Assembly: GCA_050230475.1 (NCBI GenBank)
Contig: JBFLGF010000125.1
Coordinates: 1-64,000 of the forward strand
DNA: 64,000 nt
Reading direction: 5' to 3'
DNA from: Ancylonema sp.
Taxonomy: Eukaryota
Made by a program: the position numbers and the translations under genes. Below the pieces are notes generated by a model. The model was not told the origin of the DNA. It saw nothing but the letters and a program-made list of their open reading frames with translations, and searched no databases. This document shows, piece after piece, positions 40,720 to 54,036 of the stretch; the stretch's first letter is position 1, and each line of letters opens with the position of its first letter.

Positions 40720-41195
40720 TGTTAGAATGAATAATGTCGCAACATTTATTTGTCGACGGGTTGTCGATTTGTTAATTGTTTTCATCGATATTGCAATAAA
40801 TTGTAATAGTATCGAAAAGTTGCTAAGCAAATTGGTGTGAGCAAACTAGACATGTGTACGAGTGTCGGTACCAAGTCAGGGGCTTAGATTCGATAATGTC
40901 GACAAGTGGTGATATTTCGAATAGACTTTGCGGACTTATCCTTTAGAGTCTGCCGACGTGGATGCATTGTCATACATGTCATCCTGTTGATAGGGCTGGG
41001 CACGATTGTGCCAGACATTGCTCGGAGTATGTAAGCCGACTTTTGGCTAACGCTCAAATTAATTATGTATCACCAGAATTGCGGCTGTGCAATTGTTATT
41101 TGCTTTGCGTGTATTTGCATGGAGAAGTCTACTACCGTTGTATTCTAGTTCTGAATACAGTCGATCCACTTCCAGAAAATGTATGGAAGTCAACA
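40720..41195 (+). mobile_element. Probable solo LTR
   Basis: TGTTAG...TCAACA termini, flanked by GAACG / CAACG (4 of 5 TSD match). Confidence 0.5.
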
Positions 41196-41813
41196 CAACG
41201 TTATTACAGAACCCGAACTTACCGAACCTATTGAGATATAGTTGTGAATGCAATCGTCGATTTTCATTGGTTAATCCTAGGGGAAGATTTCGGGATATAA
41301 ATTGGTTAGAAACATTTCTTTAGTACGGGATAATTTCATATACGGACATTTTAGCGGGGAGCATATATATCGATAGGAAGTATTTCATTGGCACGCTTAC
41401 GAGATCTAGTCACTATAGATAGATCGGTGGGGACCACACCCGGGATGACTAGACGAGACAATAAGTTGACTAGGATTAGCGGCGCCGCAACCTTATCCAG
41501 TGCGCTAGGATATTCTAGGATCTATGTACTCTCAAGGGATATAGCATAATCGGCGACAATCTCTAATCAATTAGATCAAGACATCTTTCTGACAATTGTC
41601 GACTTGATAATGGTGTATGTTGTTGATCATTCCGCCTTCAGTGAATAGTGTCACATTCATCGGATTGAAGTGACAGCCAGCATGAGTTTGGCCCTGTCGA
41701 GAGTAGGAAAACAAGTCGAACATGGTATCAGAGCTATGGTCGCTCTTGAGGAGGACGCGCATGTCAACTATGAGTTCATGACGCTAGACGTAAAACCAGA
41801 TTTCGCAATTCTA

Positions 41814-41965
41814 ACGAGGCACGTGGCATGGGAGGGCGAAACGCCTACTTTCCCGGCGACCATTACGAGGCACGCGGCATGGGAGGGCACATAGCCTACT
41901 TTACCGGCGACCATTGCGAGGCACGCGGCATGGGAGGGCACAAAGCCTACTTTCCCGGCGACCTT
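41814..41965. repeat. 51-bp tandem repeat x3 inside the outer LTR element
   Basis: Units start at 41814, 41865 and 41916. Confidence 0.9.
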
Positions 41966-44248
41966 TGGAAGCGTCAGTCGAAGTATAGGCTGTCAACAAC
42001 ATAATAAGTATCGAGACGATAAGACGCGGAGAGAAAATCAGAAGTGCATGGCAAGTGAAGTCTATTTTGCACAACTCAGCCCGTGTGTGAATCATCTTGC
42101 GGAGACACGTGAGAGATAGGGAGAGTCCGTACCAACACTCCGGAGTACCCAAGTGCTTGAGAAAACTCTCGCGAGCAACAGGGATCACCGTGGCATCATC
42201 GACGTCGGTGACGGGAGTGCATGGGAATTGGACCCAAATTGGAGGGAAGAGGACGACGTCGATTGGTATAACAGAATCCAAGACGCGGCAAAGAAGGACA
42301 TCGAGTCAAGGAGGGATTATATAGAAAAAGAGCAGCCAGAAATGCAAAGTCTTGAGCGTGATGGAAATCAGAAAATCAGAAATCGCAAGTTTAAGAATTC
42401 AAAAACCAAAAATCAAAAAGGGTTATGAGCCGATAGAGATGGCTGAAGAGGATGAGGTCTCTTGGCTGGACGCATACGTTGAGGAAGAGGAAAATGATAT
42501 GATTGGATGGGTAGACTACGTCGATTGGTACACCACAGAACGAGCTGAGAATCCAGATTGCAAGTTCATGGGACAAGTGATGATGTGGCTATGATCGGAG
42601 GGGTAACCAGAATTTCAAAATTCAGAAGTGACAAATCAGGAATGCCGAGAAGGATTCGATCATTGGATAAAATCGAAAGAGCTTGAAGAGAAGGAGAAGT
42701 CAGCCAGTCTTCGAGCCGAGGGCGAGAATTCTGAAGTCAGCCTCGACGTCAAGCTCGGCGACGACACTTCGCCATGCGGTGCGGGAGTCATTAAGTGCCG
42801 GAGTCCGGAAATCGACGGAGCCGGAAACTTCGAGGAATCCCCCGATCATAGCGAACATGAAACCAGCCCGAGAGTTCAAGGAGGAGAGGTTCGTGAGCAT
42901 GGGCGTGTGTACGACAAACACCAATCATCGGAGAATCCAGGAAGGAGAAAAGTTCCTTTGCACGGAAGTGGGCCCGGCGATGGGGCAAGAAATGATAACC
43001 GTGGTGGAGAAGAATGCTACGTGGAGAGGGACTCGTCGGAGAAAAGCGGTCGCGGTGAAGTTCAAGAGGGCCTTTCAGTAGCTGAAAAGTTTGAGGAGGC
43101 GTGCGGTTCCCACATCAAAGGTGTACACGATGGCAACTTGCTGATCGAGAAACAAAATGTGGAGAAGGGTATACCGGCGAATCATGATAGTGAGGATGGC
43201 GAGGAAAGTGCGAATGGAGAGCTTTATGAGAGAGACAAAGTCAGCCATGAGGTTATGCGAAATTATTTGAGTACAATGGGATGCATCGGTCTTTGAGTGA
43301 GACAAGCACCCATGGAGGATGGAGTTACCGGTCCTCAAAGTGTTACACACTCCGGGGGTGTCAGAATCGACGGTGATAAGAGCGTGCAAGTTTCTTCGAT
43401 GAGCATGGTGATAAAGGTGGAGATGACTGTAGTTGTGAGTGATCAGGGCTATCAGTATGATGAGTCTGGGCAATACGAAGTTCAGGGAGCGGCAAGAATG
43501 GTCGGGAAGGTACCGGAGCCTTCACGAGGTGTCGGAAAGCGCGGTTTCGACGATATAGTGAGAATTTTCAAAAAGGGGTGGACAAGGTTCGCAGTTCGGG
43601 TGACATGAAGTCTTTGGTTACTGGTCGGAAACATTATGATGTGGGGGGTGCGACAACGTGTTCAGCCGTGGTGTCAAGCAAGGTTTTTAACGGCATGATT
43701 GGCGCGATGATATTTCGAGGGCTAATGGTTTGCGCACGGGATCACAACTTCTATGAGTAGAGTGTAACATTGTATGCGCTAATGGTCGAGGTTTCATTCC
43801 AAGAAGAAGATTACTTTGAGTTTGTTTCAAAAGCATCGGTACGATTTGGGAAAGAGTCGTTGCGTTTCTTTGCATGTCGTTTTCTGTCTCCCGCCAATAG
43901 GGGGTGTTTGTTGAAGTATTGGCGGAGAGACACCTTGTCAGTTGATTGTGTACCAGTTTGACATGAGAGTGTATTATGAAGCGAAATTTTGTGAGTCTAG
44001 AGAAAAATAATATTTTGATAAGTTTGTAAAATTTTAGGACGAGGCGTTGAGTTGTCGATAATTGGTGAAAATTCTTAGACGGACCAGATTCAGAGTTTCA
44101 GAGGGGCCATGAGGAGAGGACATTTTCCATTTGGGGGGTGTAGTACATTGTAGTATATTGGGAGAGATCAGTAGTAAAAAACATTGGGGGGTGACTTGGA
44201 GTACAACATGGGATCGGGATTTGAGACTGGGATCTAGAAGGTACACTA

Positions 44249-47200
44249 TGTTAGAATATTTTGGATAGCCATATGTTATGCGTGCTAGTCCAGTTGTGAC
44301 CGGTTACTCTAACCGGGAGCAATATTCTAGATGTGCCTGTATGCGGGGCCGGGCAAGTTTGAGCCCGGGCACCTGACATGTTTCCGACGCTTAGAGTCGT
44401 TATTTGGTCGAAGCGTCGTGACGGGCTAGTTTAGTCGTGTCTGAAATGTCCGGCATGTGCCGTTGACATGTAGTAGAGCTGTCAGTCAATGATAGGCCGA
44501 CGGTCAATTGTGCCGACCGTCGGGCACGCAACAATCTGTAAAGCGCATCGGGTATTACCATCCCCGATGCAATCACAATTATAATTCGTTCCACACACGC
44601 AAGTCCTGTCTCGTTGATCATCAGTGAAAGAGATCCTTACGGTTCGTTTTGCGTTTTGTCGCCTACCTAAATATTCCTGCAAGTCTAATCACTCAAAAGC
44701 TTATACAAGTGGTTATGGGCCCACGTGCGGTCTAGTTCAGACGCCGTGTAGGTTAAAAACTAAAGGCTCCACGCAATTTCGCTGCGGTAATCTCTGTGAA
44801 CGGTATATACTACCAGTGAGCGCAAATATATTCGTGGTTGTTAAGGTCTGCACGTAATTCTGATATTGCGCTGCAAGTTTTTGAGCTGAGTGCTGCAGTG
44901 CAGGAAGTGCACTGAGAACTCGAGCTGAGCGAGAAATTTTGTAAAGTCCTACACAATAGCTGCCATAAGGTCGGATAGGACGCAAATCCCTCAATTTACT
45001 GGAGCTGATTATACAGGATGGGCCTTCAAGGTCAAGTATGGGCTGGCGGATAAGAAACTGCACCGTTTGGTGATGGATTGGGACAGTTTGCCGCGAAAGG
45101 TCGCCCAGACGTAATCCTTCCATTGACTGACACCTGAACGAGCTGCAATTTGCCGCCAGGGGGATCGACGTGGATGTCGAAGTGTTGGTGAGACAACAGC
45201 AGATTTCCCAGCAGCTGCTGGAGCTGGAGAAATGGGACGAGGATAATCTGGCTGCTATGTCTTATATTGTGAAGCACCTGGGGTTCCATCGGAGCTGACG
45301 CACGTCACTGACTGCACGACAGCTGCCGGCATGTGGGATGCCGGACATTCTACCAGGTGCAGGGTGCGATTGAGAGATCGCAAATACAGAGGCATTGCTG
45401 AGCTATCATTCAGACGGAGGCAGAGGACCTCAACGGGTACGTGAAGCGTCTGCAGCAGCTGCACCAGGACCTTAAGAATCTGGGGGCGCCAGTATCTCCG
45501 ACGAAGCAGGCGATTAATCTGCTAAATTCGTTGAACACGCATTACAGTCCGATGGATTTAACGCTGATGCCGTGGTCCGAGTCGTCGCCACACCTCTTCA
45601 CGATTCCACACATCGTGAGTGCGCTGCTTCGCGACGACGTGCGGAAAGAGCTGAACGATCGAAAAAGGGGGGCGCTGCCCGGAGGACACCAGGCGCATTA
45701 TGGTGGACCTGGGGGGGGAAACGGAGCTGGAGGCAGCAGCAGATCTGGTGGTGCGACTGGAGCTGGTCGCAGAGACGCTGCAGGCGTCGAATGCTTCGGC
45801 TGCCACAAATTCAAATTCGGGCACATCAGAGCGAATTCACCAGCATCTGGCGGAGGCCATGCATGGAAGTGTCACAGGTGCCATGGAAATCACCAACAGT
45901 CACATGGCGCACGCTACTCAGGGAAGTTCCAAAAGTGGCAGGCACACATTTGAAAAATGCAGAAAACCGAGACATGCTTTGATGAACCCAGTGCTAGGAG
46001 GGCTGCACGCTAGATCAAACCTTCAATGCTAAGGATTATTTAGCTTTTGGTGCTTTCTCGTTCAATGTTTTTCTCGTTCGATGTTGCCCGGGCAATGTCT
46101 GCTGGTCCTCACTCAGACTCCTTGATCCTGGATTCAGGTGCTACCAACCACAATTTCACGGCACGTGAACACTTGGTGGAATACACACCTACCCTGAGCA
46201 CGCAGCAGGCCTTCATCACCACTGCTGACGGCTCGTCACACAAGGTGGAGGGCACTGGTTTCGTGCACATCCGAGTGAGGAATGGCGACGCTTTCTTTGT
46301 GCAGCCACTCAGCTCTGCACCCTCGTGTCGACATCGTGCCTCGTCAAAAGAGGTGGGCTGAGCTTTCTACAGCTGCCCACGGGTCCTGAATTAAACAAGG
46401 GTAATGTGAATTGGGCTGATGTGCTGCAGCAGCCTAGTGGTCTGACTTTGCTTGCTACCACAATCGTCATGCCTGGATCTCATGATACAACAGCAAATTT
46501 GTCCACAGGCATGGTCTGGCATCACAAACTGGGTCACCCCAGTTCTGATGTGATGTCAGATTTCGCCAGACGTGGTGACATCCCAGAGTTAAGTCAGGGA
46601 GAATTAACTGAAGTAAAGGGATGTCAGGTTTGTTGTCAGGGGAAGATGATTCAGCTCAGTCATGCTAAGGTCAGTGCGGATCTGGGGACATGCCCCAAGG
46701 ATGGGTCGCATCACCTGGATCTCATTGGACCATTGTCTGTCAGGTCCAGCTAACGAGGATTCACATATGCTCAGACAGGGATAGAGGTATCCACACGTCT
46801 GTCATTTGTCAGCTTGTTAAAAACAAAGGATGAAGCACTGAACCGAGCAAGAGTCACTATACAATTGCTCGAGGTCTAGTCAGGTCTTACAGTCTATTCG
46901 GGACAGATAAGGGAGGGGAGTGAGTATGTGTCTCAGGACTGGATAAACTACTGTGGGGGGAAGGGTATTGATAAGCAAACCACAGAAGCATATAGTCCTG
47001 AACAAAACGGAATCTGTGAAAGACTGAATAGAACATTGACAGAAAAAATGCGATGCATCTTAATCTGGTCAGGTCTACCGAAGTCTTATTGGGTGGCATT
47101 GTTGTTACATGCAACTGGTAAAGGAACAGAACACCCACTAAGTCACTTTCTGGGAAAATTCCAATTGAGGTCTGGGAGGGGAAGAACATAACAGTTAATA

Positions 47201-50200
47201 AAAGTCATAATTTCGGGTGTCTGGTCCAATATCTGAAGGTTGGGGGGGAAAAGAACAGTCAAGGGGACAAGTTTGCCCCTCGTACTTGCGTTGGTGTGTT
47301 TCTAGGGATGGCTGCGGGGAGTGCAGGCTACAATGTTTTCGACCCCCATAGAGCTGGGGTGATATCACGCATGGACGTGAGGTTCTTCGAGGAGGTGCCG
47401 GGGTACCCGAAGCTGATGGGGGGGAGAGCTCCCCAGATTCAGGAGGCAGCAGAAAAACACATTTTCTACCTTTTCCCCGACCCTGAAGATGAACCAGCTG
47501 CAGCAGTTGTGCCAGCAGAAGCAGTCCACCCCAACATGCCAGCAGCAGCAGTCCACCCCACCAACCCAGCAGCAGCAGTTCTGCAACCGATGCCAGCAGT
47601 TCTGCAGCCAATCCCAGCACCAGCAGAAGCAGCAGTCCCTGAGCCAGCAGCTGCCATCGACTATCCGCACGACAACTTCCAGCCACAAGCTGCTGAGGTC
47701 CCTAACGCCACGATTGTGCTGTCTGACAGCCAATCAGGGATCAACAACGCAGGAGGTGGAGATGCAGGGGAGGAGGAGGTGCAAGGAGGGGGTGCGAGTC
47801 CAGAAGTGGGGGAGCCTGGCAGCGTAGCTGATCGGGTGATGGCTAGAAGGCGAGCCAACTTTGCCGAGTATGGGGATCTCATGTGATGTGATGGGGACGA
47901 GTTTGATGACGCAGCTCACGCCAACTACTCAGCGACTGAGTGGGAGCCCAGCAGTTTCTACACTGGCTTCAACGGTCCTGTGGATCCGGGCTACGCGTGC
48001 GTAGCATCTAACAGCAACTCCTCCGAGCCACTCACCCTCAACCATGCGATGATGAGGCCAGACTGGGTAGTGGGACAGGGCCATTGTGAATGTGGAAGAG
48101 CTCGGCAGCCCTGGAGACGTTCAACACCTTTGAGGTGTGTGTGCTTCCTCCAGGTAAAAAGGCTGTGGGGTGCAGATATGTTTTTAAGGTCAAAACAACA
48201 CCACAGGGGGATATTGAAAGAAATAACGTCAGACTGGTCGCACAGGGATTCTTACAACAAGAGGGTATTGATTATAATGAAGTATTTGCACCAGTAATCG
48301 ACAGTACATCTATCACCCTACTCCTCTCTATAGCAAACCAATATGACTGGGAACTGGAACAGATGGACGTAATCACAGCGTTCCTGCATGGACGTCTGGA
48401 GGAAGAAGTTTACATGAAAATACCACCACGTATGTATATCAATGGGGGTGCTGGTGCTGAGGGAAAGGTCTTGAAGGGAGCTTTATACGGTCTAAAGCAG
48501 AGTAGCCACGTGTGGCAAGAGATGTTCAAAAAATTTATGATATCTGAAGGGTTTAAACAGTGCGTAATGGACACATGTATATATATGAGGGGGGAAGCAG
48601 ACAGCAGAATCATACTGGGTATACATGTAGATGATCAGGTGATCACAGGTCCTAACGCAATGGTCGTCAAAACTTTTAAAGAAGATATGGGTAAAAAGTT
48701 CAAAGTCAAGGATCTGGGTCCCCAAACCCATATCCTGGGGGTGGAAGTGAAGAGGGATAGACAGAGAAGACTGCTCACACTGGGACAGTCAGGATTCGTA
48801 AGGGGAGTGCTTGAACGCTATGGGATGCATGAGTGTAATCCAACCAAACTCCCACTCGCCCCTGGAACTCAATTCACACAGAATGATGAACCAACTCTTC
48901 CCCCTACCCCTGAAGAAATAACAGACTTTCGTGAAAGTGGGATCACTCTCTCATATATGCCATGAAACAAAACCAGACTGGACATCGGGTATGCACTTGG
49001 GGTACTCAGGCAAAACACATGGGAAATCCTGGGGTGGCACACATAAGGGCTCTACATCAACCTATTCAGTTACCTTAAAGGGACTGTCAACCACGGACCT
49101 GACGTTTGTGGGAAAGGACCATTTTTGAAGTAAAGGGTTACTGCGATGCATCATGGAACAGTTGTAGCATGAGACAGGGAAATCAGTCACAGGATGGGTA
49201 AACCACGGTTGGGGGGACAGCACTGGAGTTGGAAGTCACAAAAACAGTCAACTGTTTGCACAGAGCACTGCTGAGGCTCTGAGTCTATTGCTGCCTGTAG
49301 TGTGTCTAAAGAATGCTGTTATCTAAAGTCTCTCTTGAAAGAACTCAATGTCCCACACCAAATCACAATCCACACTGATTCAACCTCAGCTCTCTCCATG
49401 ATCCAGAATCCTGTGCAAAGACAGAAAGCAAAACATTTTAATGTGTATATCACTGGGTACGGGGAATGCCACAGCACCGGGGAGACTAAAATATGTGTAT
49501 CTTGCAGGCGCACATCAACCAGAAGATATGCTAACTTAAAGCTCTACCCCAAGTTTTACTTGGGACAGACACAGCAAAAGTCTAGGTTTTGGACGGTTAT
49601 ACTGGAACTGGGGGTTGTCAGTAGTTTTCTTTTATTTTTATGATCGAAAGGTTTTCGAATGCCATGCATGTTGGCAGGGGGGGTGTTGTTATGTTTCTTT
49701 TCAGGCAGAAGTAATGGGGAGGGTACACCAACTTCAGCTCATCCAGCTAAGTCACACCTTTCACCCTGAAAACGCTTAAGGACACTTAAAAACACTTTAA
49801 GATCAGAAAGTGTAATCAGAAAGTGTGAATCTGCTCAACTTTATACTTGTCAGTTTGTTCTGAATTTTCGTATGTATGTCCTAATCACATTGTTGCAAAA
49901 CTTGTGTGTCAAAAGTTGGTGCTGATAGGACTTGTAATTTTGAATATGCTGGTTGTTTTGAGATTTTTCTGACTGGAAAGTGTGAAGTTTTCAAATCGTG
50001 AAGTTGAAAAAGTTAAGAAATCAAAAATATTTTCATAAGTTTTTTGTTTTTTCGCCTAACTTTGTGGCATTTGTTTGTATGTGCAGGGATTCGGCCCGAA
50101 AAACGACTAAGGATCTGGAGCGCGATCGACTTCTGGAGTTCCGATCGGCTTCCGATCGTCTTCCGATCGTCTTCCGTACGGCTGCATTTATCGATAGAAT

Positions 50201-50783
50201 CCCCTAGCACGCTTGTATGCTAGGGAAGACCAAAACTGTTTTATATGTTATGCAATGGTTCTTCCATTTTGGCAATGACTTGGGTACTCCTTTTTGATGT
50301 CTGCATCTATGCCAACTTTAGCCTGGCATCCGAGGGGGTGTGTTAGAATATTTTGGATAGCCATATGTTATGCGAGCTAGTCCAGTTGTGACCGGGTACT
50401 CTAACCGGGAGCAATATTCTAGATGTGCCTGTATGCGGGGCCGGGCAAGTTTGTGCCCGGGCACCTGACATGGCTTAGAGACGTTATTCGAAGCGTCGTG
50501 ACTGGCTAGTTTAGTCATGTCAGAACTGTCCGGCATGTGCCGTTGACATGTAGAAGAGCTGAGTCAATGATAGGCCGACGGTCAATTGTGCCGACCGTCG
50601 GCACACAACAATCTGTAAAGCGCATCGGGTATTACCATCCCCGATGCAATCACAATAATAATTCGTTCCACACACGCAACTCCTGTCTCGTTGATCATCA
50701 GTGAAAGAGATCCTTTTGCGTACGGTTCGTTTTGTCGCCCACCTAAATATTCCGGCAAGTCTAATCACTCAAAAGCTTATACA
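44249..50783 (+). mobile_element. Full-length (decayed) Ty1/Copia retrotransposon, half-tRNA-iMet PBS
   Basis: LTRs at 44249-44707 and 50341-50783; TSD CACTA; PBS GGTTATGGGCCCAC at 44711; PPT GAGGGGG. Order gag (zinc knuckle) - PR (ILDSGATNH) - IN (WHHKLGH, PEQNGICERLNRTL) - RT (QMDVITAFLHG, ALYGLKQS, IHVDD) - RNaseH (TDSTSA), with frameshifts and stops. Confidence 0.95.
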
Positions 50784-51347
50784 CTAAGCGGTTGTTTTTC
50801 TTCTAAATACAAGTTTGGGAGTAAGGGGGTGTTGCATTTTCAATTAGGGGGTGCATTGAGATATAATTGTAAATGCAATCGTCGATTTTCATTAGTTAAT
50901 CCGAGGGGAAGATTTCGGGATACAAATTGATTATAAACATTTATTTAGTACGGGATATTTTCATATACGGACATTTTAGTGGGGAGCATATATATTGATA
51001 GGAAGTATTTCATTGGCCCGCTTACGAGATCTAGTCACTATAGATAGATCGGTGGGGACCACACCCGGGATGACTAGACGAGACAATAATTTGACTAGGA
51101 TTAGCGGCGCCGCAACCTTATCCAGTGCGCTAGGATATTCTAGAATCTTTGTACTCCCAAGGAATATAGCATAATCGGCGACAATCTCTAATCGATTCGA
51201 TCAAAACATCCTTCTGACAATTATCGACTTGATAATGGTGTATGTTGTTGATCATTTCGCCTTCCGTGAATAGTATCACATTCACCGGATTGAAGTGACG
51301 GCCAACATGAGTTTGGCCCCGTCGAGAGTAGGAAAGCAAGTCGAACA

Positions 51348-51659
51348 GAACCAGCCAAAGATAACGCGCCAAAAAATAACTACACGTCATTGGTGCGTTT
51401 AAAATAATTATTTTGACCACGGTGGCGCGTATTTTTAACGCAAATAAAATAATAAAACCAACGATAATTTAGCGCAGTACAAAAACTTAATACACAAAAA
51501 ACCAAAACACCTGGCGCAGTTGAAAAATATTTATTATTTTTTTCCCTTGCGCACACTTTTGGCGCGTACTAATTAATTAAAAAATCGTTGGCGCACGTGT
51601 GTGGAGCGTACTTTTATTAATTTTCCGCTTTGCTCGCGCATTATCTCTGGCTGGTACGG
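51348..51659. mobile_element. CCGTA-type MITE split by the outer LTR element (left tip at 41222-41228)
   Basis: Rejoined left TIR TA|CCGAACCAGCCAAAGATAACGCGC matches right TIR GCGCATTATCTCTGGCTGGTACGG|TA. Confidence 0.85.
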
Positions 51660-52202
51660 TACCTTATTCGACGAGTTGCGGTTACACCATCCCCGACTCC
51701 ACATATGTACCCGTTTCGTTCACGATTCGAGCGCTTCGATTTTTTCTCGTGAACATAATCTCATTTGATTAATTATTTTGTGAAACATATCACACTCTTT
51801 ACAAGATAAACCAAAAAAATGGTTCAACGAAAAATATTATAATTCAATAACTTTACAAAGAGATAAATTTGTATCAAGTGGTGGTGTATTGCTTCATCAA
51901 CAAACCGTCGACGTGTTATCGAAAATTTACAACCCTACGAGGTAATGAATATACAATTCAATACACCTCTGAGGCTGAATTCTTCAACTCGTTCGAGGGA
52001 TCTCGAGCGCTACGCGTGTCCCCTCTCGTGGAACGCAACCTTCAACAATGCGCAACTTTGGTAGGACGCCATATTCTACATATTCATCGGAAAATCACAT
52101 CCTTTAAGGCCAAGGTTTTAGTAATCTGATATTGCCATGCTACAAAATTGCAAATGCATCCAAGAATTATTGACGAAGCTATTCAAGATCAATTGATGTA
52201 TA

Positions 52203-52727
52203 CAGTCTAGTCTTGATATAGTGACAATTTTATAGACATGGGAATTGAATGACACTAAATCGAATGCTAAGGCTGTCACTATACATTGTATCGTGATATT
52301 TGATAGGGCGACAAGAGGAAAATGTCACTGCATCGAGAGAAAGTTAAATTTAGGTCGATATTTTTAAGAGAAATTGCTCATCTGAACGGCGTTTGTTATA
52401 ATATCAACTCGCTGCATTAAAACCTGTCTACATGATCAATGTTGGGTTAAACTGGATATTACACATCAGATTTCAAATCGGGAGGAATATTTTCTATTAA
52501 ATTAGGCAAGTGATTAATTTTAATGGTATAAATTGAAACAGGTTTCACCGTATAGTGACATCGCAATATTATAATCTTGGAGTTTTTGGTCACTACAACG
52601 TGTGTCACTGTAGCGATTGTCACTATATATAGTAGGTTTTCTTATAGGATTATATAAAGGATAAAAAAAATTGTCATCATATCGAGATTGTCAGTGTAGA
52701 GTGTGTCACTATATCAAGACTACACTG
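52203..52727. mobile_element. pogo-like MITE (inverted relative of 31052-31595)
   Basis: TA|CAGTCTAGTCTTGATATAGTGAC ... GTCACTATATCAAGACTACACTG|TA; collinear with the reverse complement of 31052-31595. Confidence 0.88.
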
Positions 52728-53171
52728 TATACTAAAGTGACAACCTCCATTTTGAGCCATTCAAAACAATTTCCAAACAACGTTTTTTTTTTGTTTCAAC
52801 CCAAACTTGGTCGGCTTGTGAAGAATCAAGCTCAATACAATCTTACGAAAATTCAAAGGAATCTAAATCACGTGGTGGAAGCTACAACGAAACATATACT
52901 GTAAACCAGACGATTTTCGGTCAGAAAGTACGTTTCGGCGAAAAGACCTTTTTTTAAGCGGAACGTTCCACCGACATTTTTTCCCCTGTGATCCTAACCT
53001 TTGATACGGAATTATCAAGCCCCTAACTTTTCCATCGAAGGTTTCGTTACGATTAGGCACAACGGTGTGTGCAAGCTGACTCCGGAGAATTCCCGCTAGT
53101 CTCGGATTTACGCGTTTACTCTCAATTTACTCGGTTTTTCAACTCGCAAGTTCTACCGAGATTTATTCCAA

Positions 53172-54020
53172 CCATATATGGGCGCGCACCGTGCGAAAAA
53201 TTGCACACGCGTGCCGCAAATTTCAGAAATCGATTTCGGACGTCAAAATTTGACTGGAATTAGTTCGATGTAACATCTTAGGCCCTAAATTGAATACTGC
53301 CACGTTGTAACCGGTTCACCCATAAACGGGTCTTTGGCTTGCGCGTCTCGCACGTGCGCCGCACGCGTGCGCTCGCACACGCATGCCGCACGCGCGCAAA
53401 TCTCGCGCCCACAGGCGTTAAAACTATATAAATATTATTCTCCGAGGGGGGGGGGTGTACTTCATACACCCTAGGGGTGCCGGGATGTTTCCAAAAGGGA
53501 GAGACTGCGGGCACCCCCCAAAGCAACTTCGACACCCCCCTCCGACAACCCGAAGTCTCTCCATTGTTTTGACACCACACTGATCGGAAATAAAATTGTA
53601 AAAAAAATAATAATATTAACTTCGTAGTCTCGTCTACAGTACATTGAAAAATTATTTTAAATATCGCAAAAAAATTGGAAGCTACGATTTTTTGAACTTA
53701 CCTATTTTTAAGGGAAAAAACTGCGGGCTAGTCGGAGGGGGGTGCCCGCAGTCGCTTTGGGGGGTGCCCAAAGTCTCTCCCTTTCCAAAATCATGAAGTG
53801 TATTTGGTGAACCGGTTACAACGTGGCAGTATTCAATTTAGGGTCTAAGACGTTATATCGAACTACTTACAGTGCGAAATGGTCAGTTATCACTACTCAC
53901 TACTTGGAAATTGTTAGTCAAATTTCGACGTCCGAAATCGATTACTGGAATTGTCCCGGTGCGGCACGAGGGCCGCACGCGCGCGCAAATCTATGCGCAC
54001 GGTGCGCGCCCATCCATGGG
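53172..54020. repeat. Long imperfect inverted repeat / foldback element
   Basis: Arms ~53172-53320 and ~53806-54020 pair in blocks (e.g. CCCTAAATTGAATACTGCCACGTTGTAACCGGTTCACC and its reverse complement). Confidence 0.8.
53497..53781. mobile_element. Mutator-like MITE
   Basis: 9-bp TSD TTTCCAAAA (53488-53496 / 53782-53790); TIRs GGGAGAGACT.CGGGCACCCCCCAAAGC...GCTTTGGGGGGTGCCC..AGTCTCTCCC. Confidence 0.88.
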
Positions 54021-54036
54021 CGCCCATCACCAAATA

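Larger units (their letters stand above)
41229..51347 (+). mobile_element. Non-autonomous LTR retroelement (outer) carrying a nested Copia
   Basis: 494-bp LTRs at 41229-41722 and 50854-51347 (about 31 mismatches by eye); TSD GAACC (41224-41228 / 51348-51352); PBS TGGTATCAGAGC (tRNA-iMet 3' end) at 41723; PPT AGGGGGTG before the 3' LTR. Confidence 0.92.

Noticed and set aside
40720..41722. Initially read as a single 1-kb 5' LTR of the outer element
   Set aside because: Homology with the 3' LTR begins only at 41229, where the perfect GAACC TSD and equal 494-bp lengths fit.
41814..41965. Repeat array resembling CRISPR
   Set aside because: Head-to-tail 51-bp tandem duplication with no unique spacers.
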